Shown here: positions 1 to 11,837 of the stretch, in pieces
How positions within the stretch are numbered: position 1 is the stretch's first letter
Layout of the letters: the number at the start of each line of letters is the position of its first letter
Assembly (NCBI GenBank): GCA_963777955.1
Contig: CAVZSQ010000013.1
Location: forward strand, 512,001-576,000
Direction of reading: 5' to 3'
From: Calditrichia bacterium
Lineage (GTDB): Bacteria; Calditrichota; Calditrichia; JAJRVZ01
DNA: 64,000 nt
Notes under the pieces: generated by a model
Databases searched by the model: none
Told to the model about the DNA's origin: nothing
Seen by the model: only the letters and a program-made list of their open reading frames with translations
Made by a program: the position numbers and the translations under genes

Positions 1-1162
1 TATCTAACTGTTTTTCTATATCCGCATCGTCGGGGATATCATCAGCTCATCCGCATTTTGAACCACGAGTTCCATGTTGGTGTAACTTTCAACTTCCTGT
101 TTTAATACATTCGCCTGGCGGAACCGGCCAATTACCCTGCTCAGGCGATCGCCATATTGATTAAGCAGGGATTCCCAGGTGGTAGATCCCCCTTTCCACT
201 TGGCCAGAACCATTTTCTTTTGCTGCGGGCTGAAACTTTCTGCCGTGGCCACTTCATTTTTCATCTTATCAGTCAATAACGCCGCCAGTTCTTTGATAGC
301 AACAGTATCGGTCACTGCCCGGTATTTTTCCCTTAACTCGAGCAGATGTTTGTTGGCAATAATAGTACCTGAATCACCCTTGGCCCTGAATAAAGTACGT
401 TTGATCTCGGTAATCCTTTCCTTGGACATATCTGGTTTAAAATCTGGCAGTTCCCGGCGATCATCCAAACGAAAAATAAAGTATCCATACCTGGTCTCCA
501 CCGGAGCGGAGATTTCGCCCACCTTTAAGTTCCAGGCTGCTTCCTGATAGGGTCCCACTCTCTCTCCCCATTTAAAATAATTGGTACCCCCTTTGCTTTC
601 TTTAGCACTCGGTTCATCCGAATATTTTAACACCAGTTCCGTAAAATCGGCTCCGCTTTTAACCTGTTGCGCCACCTGCTCTGCTAATAATTTCGCTTCC
701 TCCTGAGAACGTTCTATGTTCGGATTTGCACCTTTAAAACCGATCAGGATCTGGGTAGTTTTCATTTCTACCCCCTGCCGCTGCAAATATTCATCAATTA
801 CTTTGGTCGGAATAAGTCTGTTCAACGATGACCTTTTCATAATATTCATTGATGATGATGCGTTTACGGTACGTTTCAATAGAATTAACTATTTCTTTAT
901 CATCGTCCAGGTCTGCGTCATACGCTTCCAGCAGTTTCAGTTTGCGTTTAATCATAGTGTTCAGAATGGTTTTCTTACGCTCCAGATCCACATCCTGATA
1001 ATTCGGTTTTTCTCCATGATATCGTATCATTTCTTTCATAAATTGTGATTTGGTTATATCCAAATTCCCGACCGTAGCCACGGTTTCCTCTTTCGTTCCG
1101 CAATAGGCCAGAAACAACGCCAGCAGCACCACCGCTACGAGCACGCTTAGTAATTTCTTCAT
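1..1162 (-). CDS. PpiC/rotamase-type peptidyl-prolyl isomerase lipoprotein (SurA/PrsA-like); frameshifted near 860-880 and near 40, runs off the left window edge
   Basis: ORF 794..1162 has a lipobox (LFLAYC) and 'TVATVGNLDITKSQF'; ORF 16..879 has parvulin motifs (ADFTELVLKYSDEPS, GEISAPVETRYGYFIFRL); another frame continues DIPDDADIEKQLD to base 1. Confidence 0.8.
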
Positions 1163-1216
1163 AAACCATCTCCTTTTTATTCAGTTGGAAAATATACGAA
1201 TTTAGAATTTATACTG

Positions 1217-4200
1217 CTATATTAAATCTTTCAAGATATTTCTGGCAAAGTTAACCTGATCTGCTTTGGTATCACCCGATAACTGCAACTGGATACCCAA
1301 TCCCTGCTTTTGTTTAAGAAATTGTACACGGAGTTTTTTCTGCTGCAGCAAATTCGTTACAATTTTATGAACATAATCCGGGCCATCATTTCCGGGCTCG
1401 TTAAAATTCATAATTAACACATTCTTTTTCCAGATCACCTGAGCTGCATACAGTTCACTGGCTAAGATTTTCATTTGAATCGCCTGGATCAAATTGTCGA
1501 CAGCTGCCGGTACAGGGCCAAATCGATCGGCGAGTTCGGCCGTTATTTTTTCCAGATCGGTACTCGAATGATAATTCACCATTTTGTGGTACAGGGCTAT
1601 ACGTTCCTGCTCGCTGCTGATATAATCAGCCGGGATTACCAGATCAAAATCGACATCCAACTTAGGATCAGAACCGTGATCACCGAAGCCTGACGGGAGT
1701 ATCTCGGTTGTTGACGATTTTATTTTTTTAACCGCACTATCCAGAATGCGGCAATATAAATCGAATCCGACTGCCTGAATATTTCCGCTCTGCTCCTTGC
1801 CCAGAATGTTGCCGATCCCGCGGATTTCCATATCGCGCAGGGCTAATCTGAATCCTGACCCCAGTTCGGTGAAATCCTGAATAGCCTTTAATCTTTTCTG
1901 GGCCAGGGTGGTCAGCCGGGCCACCGGCGGAATTAATAAATAGGCATAGGCCTGCTCGGTAGAGCGGCCTACCCTCCCCCGCAACTGATACAGTTGAGCC
2001 AGGCCAAACTTATCAGCACGGTTAATGATGACCGTGTTGACATTGGGTATATCCAGGCCATTTTCAATAATCATACTGGACACCAGCACATCATATTTTT
2101 TTTTAATGAAATCCAGCATAACTTGTTCCAATTTTTTTTCGGGAAGTTGGCCATGAGCAACCGCGAACCGCGCTTCAGGTACGATCTGTTGCAGAGCAGC
2201 ACGGATCCCTTCAATAGTCTCTACCCGGTTGTGAACAAAATAAACCTGCCCATGCCGCTGCAGTTCCCTTTTTATAGCCCGGTGAATCTGCTGATCATCC
2301 CATTCCAGCAATTCTGTGATGACCGGTAAACGATTACGCGGAGGGGTTTCGATGTGCGATAAATCCCTTGCTCCCATCAATGACAGGTGCAGGGTCCTCG
2401 GTATGGGTGTGGCCGTCATGGTCAGGATGTCCACACTGGCCCTTAATTTTTTCAGGTATTCTTTATGCTTTACTCCAAAACGTTGTTCTTCATCTATGAT
2501 CAGCAGGCCCAGATCCTTAAATATTACATCTGCGGACAGCAGGCGGTGGGTTCCGATTATGATATCGATTTCCCCGGCAGCCAGCCGCGCTATTATCTGT
2601 TTTTGTTCCCTGTCGGAGCGGAAACGCGACAGCATCTCGATGTGGACGGGAAATTCATTCAGCCTGTCTTTAAAAGTCTGAAAATGCTGATAAGCCAGGA
2701 TGGTGGTGGGAACAAGAATTGCTACCTGCTTGCCGTCCATGTTCACTTTAAAGGCGGAACGCAGGGCAACTTCGGTTTTACCGTAACCGACATCACCACA
2801 TAACAAACGGTCCATCGGTGCAGCGGACTCCAGGTCGCGTTTCACATCTGTAATTGCCCGTAACTGATCTTCGGTTTCATCATAAGGAAAGGAGGCTTCC
2901 AGTTCCCTCTGCCAGTGAGTATCGGGGGTATAGGCAAAAGCCGGCATGGTCCGGCGGGCCACCTGCAACTGGATTAGTTCTGCCGCAATTTTTTCAATCG
3001 ATTCCCTGGTACGTATTTTGGTCCGTTCCCATTCTCCGCTGCCTAACTTGGTTAACTGGGGAGCGGCACCTTCTTCACCGGAATATTTCTGCACCCGATT
3101 CAAACGGTCGACACTTACATATAAGATATCCTCATCGGCATATTGAATGCGCAGACACTCCCGCCTGGTCTGGCCTGTTTCCAGCATGATGACTCCGGTA
3201 TACTGGCCGATGCCATAATCAATGTGCACCACATAATCATTAAGATTCAACGAATTTAAACTTCGCAGGTATTCGCCATTTTTAAACCGCCGGTAAGTCC
3301 GCCGGCGCTTAAATCGCCCAAAAATCTCATGGTCGGTCAGTATTTGCAGGCCTCCGGCCGCAGCTCCGGCCGGGAAGATAAATCCGTAATGAAAGGACCC
3401 GGTGCTGACCACAGCCGTCCGTTCCAACTCCTCCTCTTCCAGTATTTCCCTAAAACGTTCCGCCTGGGCGTTAGATTCGCATTGAATATAGACCTGTTGT
3501 TTTTCCAAATAGACCTTCCGCAGATAGGCGAACAAACGGTTAAGTTGCCCGGCAAAAGAAGGGGGTACCATACTGTCAAAGGCGTAAGCGGAAGCCTGCG
3601 CAGGTACCAGCAGATCCAGACGCAAAGTCGGCAGAGCAGACTAACTTTTTTTCCAGTTCTGCCCAGATCAAGTAATGCTGTTGCGGAGGATCGACCTGCT
3701 GTTTCTGTTCTTTCAGACTCCTGATAACGGGATTGAGTTTCAATAAAAAAATCCCGGGCCTGCGCCCTGATCAAATCCAGATCCTCATAGACAACTATGA
3801 TATTTTTTTGCAGGTATTCCAATAAACTGCCACCCGGCCGCTCAAGAATCAAATTGGGAATTACTTCAATCCGGTCAATTTCTGCAATTGATCGTTGCGT
3901 GATCACATTAAAAGTCCTGATGGACTCGATGGTATTGCCAAAAAATTCCAATCTGACGGCATCATCCTGGGTCCAGGGATAAATATCGACAATGCCGCCG
4001 CGAACGCTGAAATGCCCTACGCTTTCTACGAATTCAACCCTTTCATAACCGCCTTGCTGCAACTGCTGGATAAAACCATCAAAATCCACGGCCTGATTTT
4101 TAGATAATAACAGGCAGTGGTCAAGGAACAGCGCAGGTTCCGGAACCTTCTGCAGCATTCCTTTCAATGTGGTGACTACAATCCCGTTTTTTGCCGAGAT

Positions 4201-4533
4201 AATATTTCGCAGGGTTTCCCAGCGCAGGCGTACTAAACTCGGATTGGGTTCATGTTCTTCATAGGGAATGATTTCCGCAGCCGGGAAAAAGGATACCTGC
4301 GTAGCAGTTGCCCCCTTTAGCAGCTCCAGATCATCACGCAGGCATTCGGCACCGTCGGCAGCTGCGGCCAGATATAGTATCGACCGTTCATACTTTTCCA
4401 CCAGGTAAGTTAAAAAAACAGCTGGTAAGGATCCTTTAAGTCCGGATACATGTACATCCGGAGCCTGCGGGTGCAGGCAATTTAAAATCTGCGAACGGAC
4501 TGGCCTGGAGTAGTATTCGTTTGAGATTATCAA
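1217..4533 (-). CDS. mfd: Transcription-repair coupling factor Mfd, split by apparent frameshifts around 3640-3720
   Basis: N-terminal UvrB-like part (FSVRGGIVDIYP) in ORF 3337..4533; RID (VVHIDYGIG), helicase motifs (GDVGYGKTE, DEEQRFG, QLRGRVGR) and TRCF C-terminus in ORF 1217..3625. Confidence 0.95.
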
Positions 4534-4558
4534 TCATCCGTTAAACTATATTGAGAAG

Positions 4559-5419
4559 TTAGGATTTTTCCTGCGCTTGCGGTTGATCGGTAGCCGGATT
4601 GACCTTACTCATCTTATTCAATTCTTCCTGGTAGCGCCCCTGTGGATAAGATTTAACCATCTGTTTATAATACTCCAGAAATATATCGTTACGGCCCAGA
4701 TGGTAATAAGATGCTGCCGTGAGAAATCCAACGGTCTCTTTGTCAAAAAAGTTCCGATCCAGATTTATAATTTTTTCACATAAACTGATAACATTCAAGT
4801 AGTTCCGGTCATTGAATTCCAGGAAGGCCAGACCATAAAAGGCGGAACTCTGTCTTTCGGTTGAACACTGCTGGGCCAGGATCTGCTCAAAATTTTCTCT
4901 GGCTTTACTATAATTTTTCAAATAATAATGAATAAAACCCAGATAAAATAAAACCGCTAGATAATAATCAAAACCGGTTTCTTTAAAATGCGGAACAATA
5001 TCTATAAAATACGGATAGGCCAGGTCATAATTACCCTGGACAAACAGCATTTTACCCAATTCATATTTTACAAACTGCTGTTTATCTGAGTTCGGATCAT
5101 ATTCCAGCGATTGCTGCAGATACTTTTCAGCCAGTGTATTATTTTTAAGACCCAGATATGAATAACCAAGCAGACGGCTTAGATCCTCCCTGGCCAGGTA
5201 AGCGGGATTACATTCAAGTACCTGTGCTGCAGCTTCGACAACTGCCTGAAAATTATGCAGATAATAGTATACCCAACTCAGCTCGGCCCAGATCATCGCC
5301 TGGTTAACAGAATCATCGGTCAGCTTTAGAGCCTGAATGTATTTATCGCGGGAAGTCTCATAATCACCGGCCGTAAGTGCCGCCCGGGCCTGTCGTAGAA
5401 TATCAAAAATATCATTCAT
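4559..5419 (-). CDS. Tetratricopeptide-repeat protein
   Basis: Repeated helical motifs (LGYSYLGL..AEKYLQQSLEYDP; LGFIHYYL..ARENFEQIL). Confidence 0.8.
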   Translation of the reverse strand: MNDIFDILRQARAALTAGDYETSRDKYIQALKLTDDSVNQAMIWAELSWVYYYLHNFQAVVEAAAQVLECNPAYLAREDLSRLLGYSYLGLKNNTLAEKYLQQSLEYDPNSDKQQFVKYELGKMLFVQGNYDLAYPYFIDIVPHFKETGFDYYLAVLFYLGFIHYYLKNYSKARENFEQILAQQCSTERQSSAFYGLAFLEFNDRNYLNVISLCEKIINLDRNFFDKETVGFLTAASYYHLGRNDIFLEYYKQMVKSYPQGRYQEELNKMSKVNPATDQPQAQEKS

Positions 5420-5503
5420 AATAACTGCTCGCTGTTAAGCACCGGCCAGGCCGGAAAATGCCTGTCGGCTGCGCCAATGATCTGCTTTCACTCTCAAAGC
5501 GAC

Positions 5504-5531
5504 TTGACTTTTAATCTAAGAGAATTAAATT
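5504..5531 (+). promoter_or_regulatory. Putative sigma70-type promoter for the lpdA operon
   Basis: TTGACT-N16-TAAATT about 50 nt upstream of the lpdA start, in a divergent intergenic region. Confidence 0.4.
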
Positions 5532-5580
5532 TAACGCATTATTTCTTCAGGTGCTAATCATTCTAATCAGGCAGGGGGGT

Positions 5581-6978
5581 ATGATGGAACAAAGATACGA
5601 TTTAGCAGTGATCGGGTCCGGCCCGGGTGGATACGTGGCCGCAATCCGGGCATCTCAATTAAAATTAAAAACCGTACTGATTGAACAGGATAAATTGGGA
5701 GGGATCTGCTTAAACTGGGGTTGTATCCCCACCAAAGCATTGCTGAAAAGCGCTGAAACTTATTCGCTGCTGCGCCATGCAGATGAATTCGGTATTCATG
5801 CTGAAAAGATCTCTTTTGATTTTACCAAAATTATCGAGCGCAGCCGGAAAGTAGCAGATTTGAATTCAAAAGGGGTTGAATTCCTGATGAAGAAGAACAA
5901 GATCGATGTCGTTTATGGCCGGGCCAGAATATTAAACAGCTCGACCATCGAAGTCAGCCCTGAAGATGGTAAAAAAACATCGCTGTCCTGCAAAAATATT
6001 ATTATCGCCACGGGCGGCCGACCCCGTACGATTCCCGGAATTGATTTCGATGGCCAGACTGTCATCGATTATCGCCGGGCCATGTCTCTGGATAAACAAC
6101 CAAAATCGATGGTTATAATTGGTGCCGGGGCGATCGGAATTGAATTTGCCTATTTTTATAACGAATTGGGAACACAGGTAACCATCCTTGAGATGCTGGA
6201 CTCTATTCTGCCCATCGAGGATAAAGAAATCACCTCTATTCTGGCTAAAAGTTTTAAAAAGAATAATATAGAAATCCACACCTCGGCGAAAGTCGAAAAG
6301 TTAAAGAATACCAGAGAGGGCCTGGAAGTCAATTTTTCCAAAGAAGGTAAACAGGAAATTGTCAAGGCTGAATTAGCCTTGCTGGCAATCGGGATTCAGG
6401 GCAATGTCGAAAATCTCGGACTGGAAGAACAGGACATTAAAATTGAACGTGGATTCATTAAGGTTAATCAGTGGTATGAAACCAGCGTCCCGGGAATATA
6501 TGCAATCGGTGACATCATCGGTCCACCCCTGCTGGCTCATGTTGCCTCGCACGAAGGTATCATCTGCGTGGAAAAAATAGCCGGGGTGCCGACTCAGCCG
6601 CTCAACTATAATAATGTTCCCGGTTGTACATACTGCCAGCCGCAGGTTGCCAGCCTTGGTCTGACCGAAGACAAGGCCAGGGCCATGGGGCATGAGCTGA
6701 ACATCGGCCGCTTTCCTTACAGCGCTTCAGGCAAGGCCAGGGCCATCGGCGAACGGGAAGGTCTGGTAAAACTGATTTTTGATAAAAAATACGGTGAATT
6801 GCTGGGTGCGCATATCATCGGAGCCGATGCCACCGAACTTATTGCTGAACCCGGTCTGGCCAAATCCCTGGAGAGCACAGCCGTCGAATTAAACCGGACT
6901 ATGCATGCACATCCTACTCTGGCCGAGATGATTATGGAAGCAGCTGGTGCCGCTTCAGGGGAAGCCATTCATATCTAA
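5581..6978 (+). CDS. lpdA: Dihydrolipoyl dehydrogenase (E3)
   Basis: GSGPGG FAD motif, GGICLNWGCIP redox disulfide, GAGAIG NAD motif, HPTLAE catalytic motif. Confidence 0.97.
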   Translation: MMEQRYDLAVIGSGPGGYVAAIRASQLKLKTVLIEQDKLGGICLNWGCIPTKALLKSAETYSLLRHADEFGIHAEKISFDFTKIIERSRKVADLNSKGVEFLMKKNKIDVVYGRARILNSSTIEVSPEDGKKTSLSCKNIIIATGGRPRTIPGIDFDGQTVIDYRRAMSLDKQPKSMVIIGAGAIGIEFAYFYNELGTQVTILEMLDSILPIEDKEITSILAKSFKKNNIEIHTSAKVEKLKNTREGLEVNFSKEGKQEIVKAELALLAIGIQGNVENLGLEEQDIKIERGFIKVNQWYETSVPGIYAIGDIIGPPLLAHVASHEGIICVEKIAGVPTQPLNYNNVPGCTYCQPQVASLGLTEDKARAMGHELNIGRFPYSASGKARAIGEREGLVKLIFDKKYGELLGAHIIGADATELIAEPGLAKSLESTAVELNRTMHAHPTLAEMIMEAAGAASGEAIHI

Positions 6979-7007
6979 TCCGGTATCACTTAAAACAAAG
7001 TGTAATT

Positions 7008-7727
7008 TTGAAACAAGTTCAATTAATCCAAACCGGAATTTCAAACTACGACCAGATCTGGAAACTGCAACAACACCTGTTTCAACAGGTGAGCAGGGAA
7101 CACACCGATAATTACCTGATCCTGACCGAACATCATCCGGTCGTAACCATCGGTCAAAAAAGCAATCCTGCGCATCTGCTGGCCGATCAAGCATACCTGC
7201 ATCAGCAGGGCATAGAATTATTTCATATCGACCGGGGTGGTGATATTACCTTTCATGGTCCCGGTCAGTTGGTAGGTTATCCGGTATTAAACCTGCTCGA
7301 CTTCAAACCGGATATTCACTGGTATTTGCGCAATCTGGAAGAAGTCATCATCCGTACCTTAACTGAGTTTGGACTCCCGGCCGGGCGGATCAAAAATTTG
7401 ACCGGTGTCTGGAGCGGAGATAAAAAGATCTGTGCCATCGGTGTCAAAATTACACGCTGGGTAACTATGCATGGTTTTGCCCTGAACGTGTCCACAGACC
7501 TTAATTACTTTAATTATATAATTCCTTGCGGGATCGACGGGAAAGGGGTGACGTCAATTTTCGAACAAATCGGAAATATCACCGAACTAAATGATGTTTC
7601 AAGCAGAGTGTGTGCAAATTTTGCAGAGATTTTCAATGTTTCCTTAATGCCTGTGCAGAGTGCAGAAATCAAATCCCTGATTGAGCAAGCCAATGCGAAT
7701 CAAGAAGAACAAAAATCACCCGCCTAA
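7008..7727 (+). CDS. lipB: Octanoyltransferase LipB
   Basis: EHHPVVTIG, DRGGDITFHGPGQLVGYP, KICAIG, HGFALN, IIPCGI. Confidence 0.95.
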   Translation: MKQVQLIQTGISNYDQIWKLQQHLFQQVSREHTDNYLILTEHHPVVTIGQKSNPAHLLADQAYLHQQGIELFHIDRGGDITFHGPGQLVGYPVLNLLDFKPDIHWYLRNLEEVIIRTLTEFGLPAGRIKNLTGVWSGDKKICAIGVKITRWVTMHGFALNVSTDLNYFNYIIPCGIDGKGVTSIFEQIGNITELNDVSSRVCANFAEIFNVSLMPVQSAEIKSLIEQANANQEEQKSPA

Positions 7728-7743
7728 CTTAAAGGAATCAATT

Positions 7744-7941
7744 ATGGTTCACAAAAAGCAAGCCATGTGCCCATTGTTCCCTGAAAATACCTGTCCGCAG
7801 GGGAAAAAATCCAGTAATGCCTGTAAAGTTCGTATTAACGGTGATTTCGATCCCGTCGCTTATTTCAAAGATCTGCTGGTAATGCATTGTGCCATAAATA
7901 TCAGACAGCGCCAGAAAGAAAACCGGCCAAGAGTACGATAA
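7744..7941 (+). CDS. Small Cys-rich hypothetical protein (65 aa)
   Basis: AAAGGA RBS before ATG 7744; fills the gap between lipB and E1; pattern C-x7-C-x9-C-x20-HC. Confidence 0.6.
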   Translation: MVHKKQAMCPLFPENTCPQGKKSSNACKVRINGDFDPVAYFKDLLVMHCAINIRQRQKENRPRVR

Positions 7942-7953
7942 AGTTCATAACGC

Positions 7954-9990
7954 ATGACTGCCAAAACCAAAAAAACTTCGCGGGATCCCATTTTAAACAA
8001 ACCTGATTTAATCAAACTCTATCACAACATGCTGCGCACCCGTTACCTGGACGACAAGATGTTGACTATGGTGAAACAGGGTAAGAGTTCCATCCATATC
8101 GGGGGTTCCGGGCATGAAGCGATCCAGACCGCCGTAGCCTTTTCATTAAAACCCGCGTCAGATTGGGCATATCCTTATTACCGCGACCTGGCCTTCGTAT
8201 TGCAGTATGGTGTTACTCCGCAGGAAGTGCTGTTGAATTTTTTGGGCCGGGCTGACGATCCCAGTTCCGGGGGACGGCAAATGCCCCACCATTATGGCCA
8301 CAGGTCTCTGCGCATCGTTACTCAATCGAGTCCCACCGGTACACAATTTCTGCAGGCGGTTGGCTGCGCGCTGGGCGCCCGGCGTGAAAATAAGAATGAA
8401 ATAATTTATGTTTCATCCGGGGAAGGTACTACCGCCCAGGGGGATTTTTATGAAGCGTTGAACTGGGCCGCCCGGGATGCTTTACCGGTACTTTTCGTTA
8501 TTCAAAATAATAAATATGCCATTTCTGTACCGGTCGCGACACAAATTGCCGGCGGCTCAATCCACAGTTTAACTTCCGGTTATACCGGCCTGAACCGTTT
8601 CATGGTAGATGGAACTGATTTGCTGGAATCATTGCGGACAGCACAACAGGCTGTCAAAATGGTGCGCGGCGGCCGGGGACCTGCGCTAATCGAGGCCAGT
8701 ACTGTTCGCCTGTTAGCCCACTCCAGTTCCGATGCCGATAAAAAATACCGCAGCGAGCAGGATATCAAAAAAGACCGGTTGTTGGACCCAATCCCTAAAC
8801 TGGAAACATGGCTGCTTAAACAGAAAATGCTCAATGACCGGGAGATTGCAGACATCCGCTTAACGGTAAAAAATGAGATCGACCAGGCAGCCGAAGAAGC
8901 TGAACAGATGCCGCTGCCACAGAAAGAAACTGTCACTCATTTTATCTTTAATCCGGAGCCCCTCAAAAATACAGATAACAATCCCCGTCCCGTTGGCTCT
9001 GCGCAGAACATTGTCCTGGTCGACGCAATTAATCATGCCCTCAAAGAGGAGATGTCCAGAAATGATCGGATGTTTATTTTTGGGCAGGACGTAGCGGATG
9101 GCAAGGGGGGAGTTTTTACCGCCACCAGCGGGCTGTCTACGAAATTCGGACCGCTGCGTTGTTTTAATGCTCCCCTGGCCGAATCCAGTATTGTAGGCGT
9201 GGCTATCGGTATGGCTGTGCGCGGACTCAAACCTGTTATCGAGATTCAATTCGGAGATTACATCTGGACCGCCATGATGCAAATACGCAACGAACTGACC
9301 ACCATTCGCTGGCGTAGTAATAATAGCTGGACCTGCCCGGTGGTGATCCGGGTTCCGGTGGGGGGCTATATTCACGGCGGTTTATGTCACTCGCAGAATA
9401 TCGAAGGCTTTTTCAGTCATATGCCCGGACTTAAAATCGCTTATCCGGCCATGGCTGACGATGCCAAAGGATTACTAAAATACGCGATTCGCAGTGAGGA
9501 TCCGGTATTATTCCTGGAACACAAAGGACTTTACCGGCAAAGTTATGCGGCAGCCCCGGAACCGGCTGAGGATTACCTGCTGCCCTTCGGCCAGGCAAAA
9601 ATCTGTCTGGCAGGAAAGGATGCTACGCTGGTCACCTATGGAGCCCTGGTGCAAAAATCACTCGAAGCAGCCAGGATATTAAAACAGCAAGGACCTGAAA
9701 TTGAAGTAATTGATATCCGCACGATAGTTCCGCTGGATCTGGAAACAATCCGGCTATCCGTAAAAAAAACCAGTAAGGTTTTAGTCGCTCACGAAGACAG
9801 TTTATTTCAGGGTTTTGGAGCGGAAATCGCGGCGCAAATTGCAGAATCTTCCTTTGAACATCTGGATGCACCGGTCAAACGCCTGGCCGGTAAGGATACA
9901 CCCATTGGATTCAGTCCGGTTCTGGAAAATACAATTCTGCCGCAAACAGCAGATATTGTGACTGCCCTGCAAAACTTACTGGCGTATTAG
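7954..9990 (+). CDS. 2-oxoacid dehydrogenase E1, fused alpha+beta (probably branched-chain type)
   Basis: TPP motif GEGTTAQG...NN, HSSSD loop, beta-subunit motifs (PLAESSIVG, EIQFGDY, HSQ). Confidence 0.92.
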   Translation: MTAKTKKTSRDPILNKPDLIKLYHNMLRTRYLDDKMLTMVKQGKSSIHIGGSGHEAIQTAVAFSLKPASDWAYPYYRDLAFVLQYGVTPQEVLLNFLGRADDPSSGGRQMPHHYGHRSLRIVTQSSPTGTQFLQAVGCALGARRENKNEIIYVSSGEGTTAQGDFYEALNWAARDALPVLFVIQNNKYAISVPVATQIAGGSIHSLTSGYTGLNRFMVDGTDLLESLRTAQQAVKMVRGGRGPALIEASTVRLLAHSSSDADKKYRSEQDIKKDRLLDPIPKLETWLLKQKMLNDREIADIRLTVKNEIDQAAEEAEQMPLPQKETVTHFIFNPEPLKNTDNNPRPVGSAQNIVLVDAINHALKEEMSRNDRMFIFGQDVADGKGGVFTATSGLSTKFGPLRCFNAPLAESSIVGVAIGMAVRGLKPVIEIQFGDYIWTAMMQIRNELTTIRWRSNNSWTCPVVIRVPVGGYIHGGLCHSQNIEGFFSHMPGLKIAYPAMADDAKGLLKYAIRSEDPVLFLEHKGLYRQSYAAAPEPAEDYLLPFGQAKICLAGKDATLVTYGALVQKSLEAARILKQQGPEIEVIDIRTIVPLDLETIRLSVKKTSKVLVAHEDSLFQGFGAEIAAQIAESSFEHLDAPVKRLAGKDTPIGFSPVLENTILPQTADIVTALQNLLAY

Positions 9991-10076
9991 GCAATAAATA
10001 TGCCTGTCATCTGACTGATTTGCATATTAGATTATAAACAACTTCAATTTCAGGTAATTAAGGATAAGAGGTCCAC

Positions 10077-11351
10077 ATGAAACACGACATGGTTATGCCC
10101 AAAATGGGAGAGAGTATTACCGAAGGAACCATTGTCAAATGGTTAAAAAAAACAGGTGATATCGTTGCCAAGGATGAGATTATCCTGGAAATAAGTACCG
10201 ATAAAGTCGACTCTGAAATTCCTACTCCGGTTGCCGGAAAAATTGCAGAGATTCTGGCCAAAGAGGGGGAAACTGTTGCTGTAGGAAAAGTGATCGCCCG
10301 GATTGACAGCGAAACTGCTGTGGCTGCGGCGGATAGTCCAAAACCGGTTGCCGCCAAAACTGTTCCCGAATCAGCAAAAGCAGATAAAGTTATTCCAGCA
10401 CCGGTGACAGTTCCTGAAACACCTGTTGAAAAAACACCAGGCAGCCGCTTCTATTCCCCGGTGGTTCTGAATATTGCCCGCAGCGAAGGCCTTCGGCCTG
10501 CGGAACTGGAATCGATCACCGGTACGGGCATCAGCGGAAGGGTGACCAAAAAAGACGTATTGGAATTTATCGAGAAGAAAAAAGTCGTTACCCCTGCGGC
10601 CAGACCGGTTATACCGGTTCAGGCGACAATCGGTGCAGCGCCCGGAACTTTTGTTGATGGGCTTGAGGTCGTGCCAATGGACCACATTCGTAAAAAAATT
10701 GCCGAGCACATGGTATTGACCGTTCATACATCACCGCATGTGGGAATATTTATTGAAGTTGACCTGAGCAATGTGGTTTCCATCCGTGAAAAAAATAAAA
10801 CTGCTTTCCAGCAAAAAGAAGGGATCAGTTTAACCTATATGCCTTTTATCAGCGAAGCCTGCAGCCGGGCCTTAAAAGAATATCCTCTGGTTAATTCCTC
10901 CATCGCAGGGGACAATATCCAGATTAAACATTTTGTCAATCTGGGTATTGCCGTTGCCACCGAACAGGGTTTGATTGTTCCGGTGATCAAACATGCCGAC
11001 AGTTTAAACCTGGTCGGATTTGCCCGGGCCATTCAGGATTTAGCCCTGCGCGCCCGCAGCCGCAAACTCAAACCGGATGAAGTGAGTGGCGGTACCTTTT
11101 CCATATCCAATTTCGGACTCTATGGAACCAGTATTGGTTTCCCGCTGATCAATCAACCGCAGGTCGCAATTCTGGGGGTCGGGATTCTTAAAAAACGGGC
11201 TGTGGTTGTGCATGATGCCATCGCCATCCGGCCGATCATGTACCTTTCTTTAACCTTTGACCACCGCATAGTCGATGGCGAGCTGGGTTCGCTTTTCCTG
11301 AAGCGGGTAGGCGAACACTTAGAGAATTATGATCCGGAGTTAAGATTATAG
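10077..11351 (+). CDS. Dihydrolipoamide acyltransferase (E2)
   Basis: Lipoyl domain EISTDKVDSEIP, E3-binding GTGISGRVTKKD, catalytic DHRIVDG. Confidence 0.95.
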   Translation: MKHDMVMPKMGESITEGTIVKWLKKTGDIVAKDEIILEISTDKVDSEIPTPVAGKIAEILAKEGETVAVGKVIARIDSETAVAAADSPKPVAAKTVPESAKADKVIPAPVTVPETPVEKTPGSRFYSPVVLNIARSEGLRPAELESITGTGISGRVTKKDVLEFIEKKKVVTPAARPVIPVQATIGAAPGTFVDGLEVVPMDHIRKKIAEHMVLTVHTSPHVGIFIEVDLSNVVSIREKNKTAFQQKEGISLTYMPFISEACSRALKEYPLVNSSIAGDNIQIKHFVNLGIAVATEQGLIVPVIKHADSLNLVGFARAIQDLALRARSRKLKPDEVSGGTFSISNFGLYGTSIGFPLINQPQVAILGVGILKKRAVVVHDAIAIRPIMYLSLTFDHRIVDGELGSLFLKRVGEHLENYDPELRL

Positions 11352-11362
11352 AAGATACTTCG

Positions 11363-11412
11363 CCACACACCCCGTCCGGCTATCGCCGGACACCCCTCTC
11401 CAGAGGGGAAAA
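11363..11412 (+). repeat. Left two-hairpin REP-like repeat flanking the DUF559 gene
   Basis: ccacacaccccgtc-cggc-tatc-gccg-ga-cacccctctccagaggggaaaa; inverted copy at 11838..11894. Confidence 0.85.
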
Positions 11413-11415
11413 AAA

Positions 11416-11788
11416 TTAACCACATATTTTTTCATTTATAATAGCAATAATGCTTAGTAGTACATCACTAATCTTCTTTTGTACTTCGTATTCTGTGTAT
11501 CTCAGAATTTTAAAGCCGAGATTTTCAAGTTTCTTCTGACGTTTTTTATCATATTCGACTTTTTCATTATGACTTATACCATCTATCTCGATAATTAATT
11601 TTAATTTTGGACAATAAAAATCGACTATATATTTGTCAATCGGTTTCTGTCGATGAAAATCATATCCCAATAATTGTTTATTCTTCAATCTTTTGCCATA
11701 ACAGGATTTCCGCCAGGGTACTTTTCTTTCTTAAAATTCTGGCTTTTTTTGTCAAGGCTGGATTATAATATATTATTTTCCCCTTCAT
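11416..11788 (-). CDS. DUF559 / Vsr-like endonuclease (one frameshift near 11692)
   Basis: MKGKIIYYNPALTKKARILRKKSTLAEILLWQ joined to LKNKQLLGYDFHRQKPIDKYIVDFYCPKLKLIIEIDGISH; visibly AT-rich relative to its neighbours. Confidence 0.88.
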
Positions 11789-11837
11789 AAATTAGGTCCT
11801 TAAAATTAATTCTTTAGTGATGCAATTAATGTACCAA

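Noticed and set aside
3600..3730. Programmed frameshifting or a split mfd
   Set aside because: Two separate extra bases are needed and similar breaks occur window-wide, so sequencing error is simpler.
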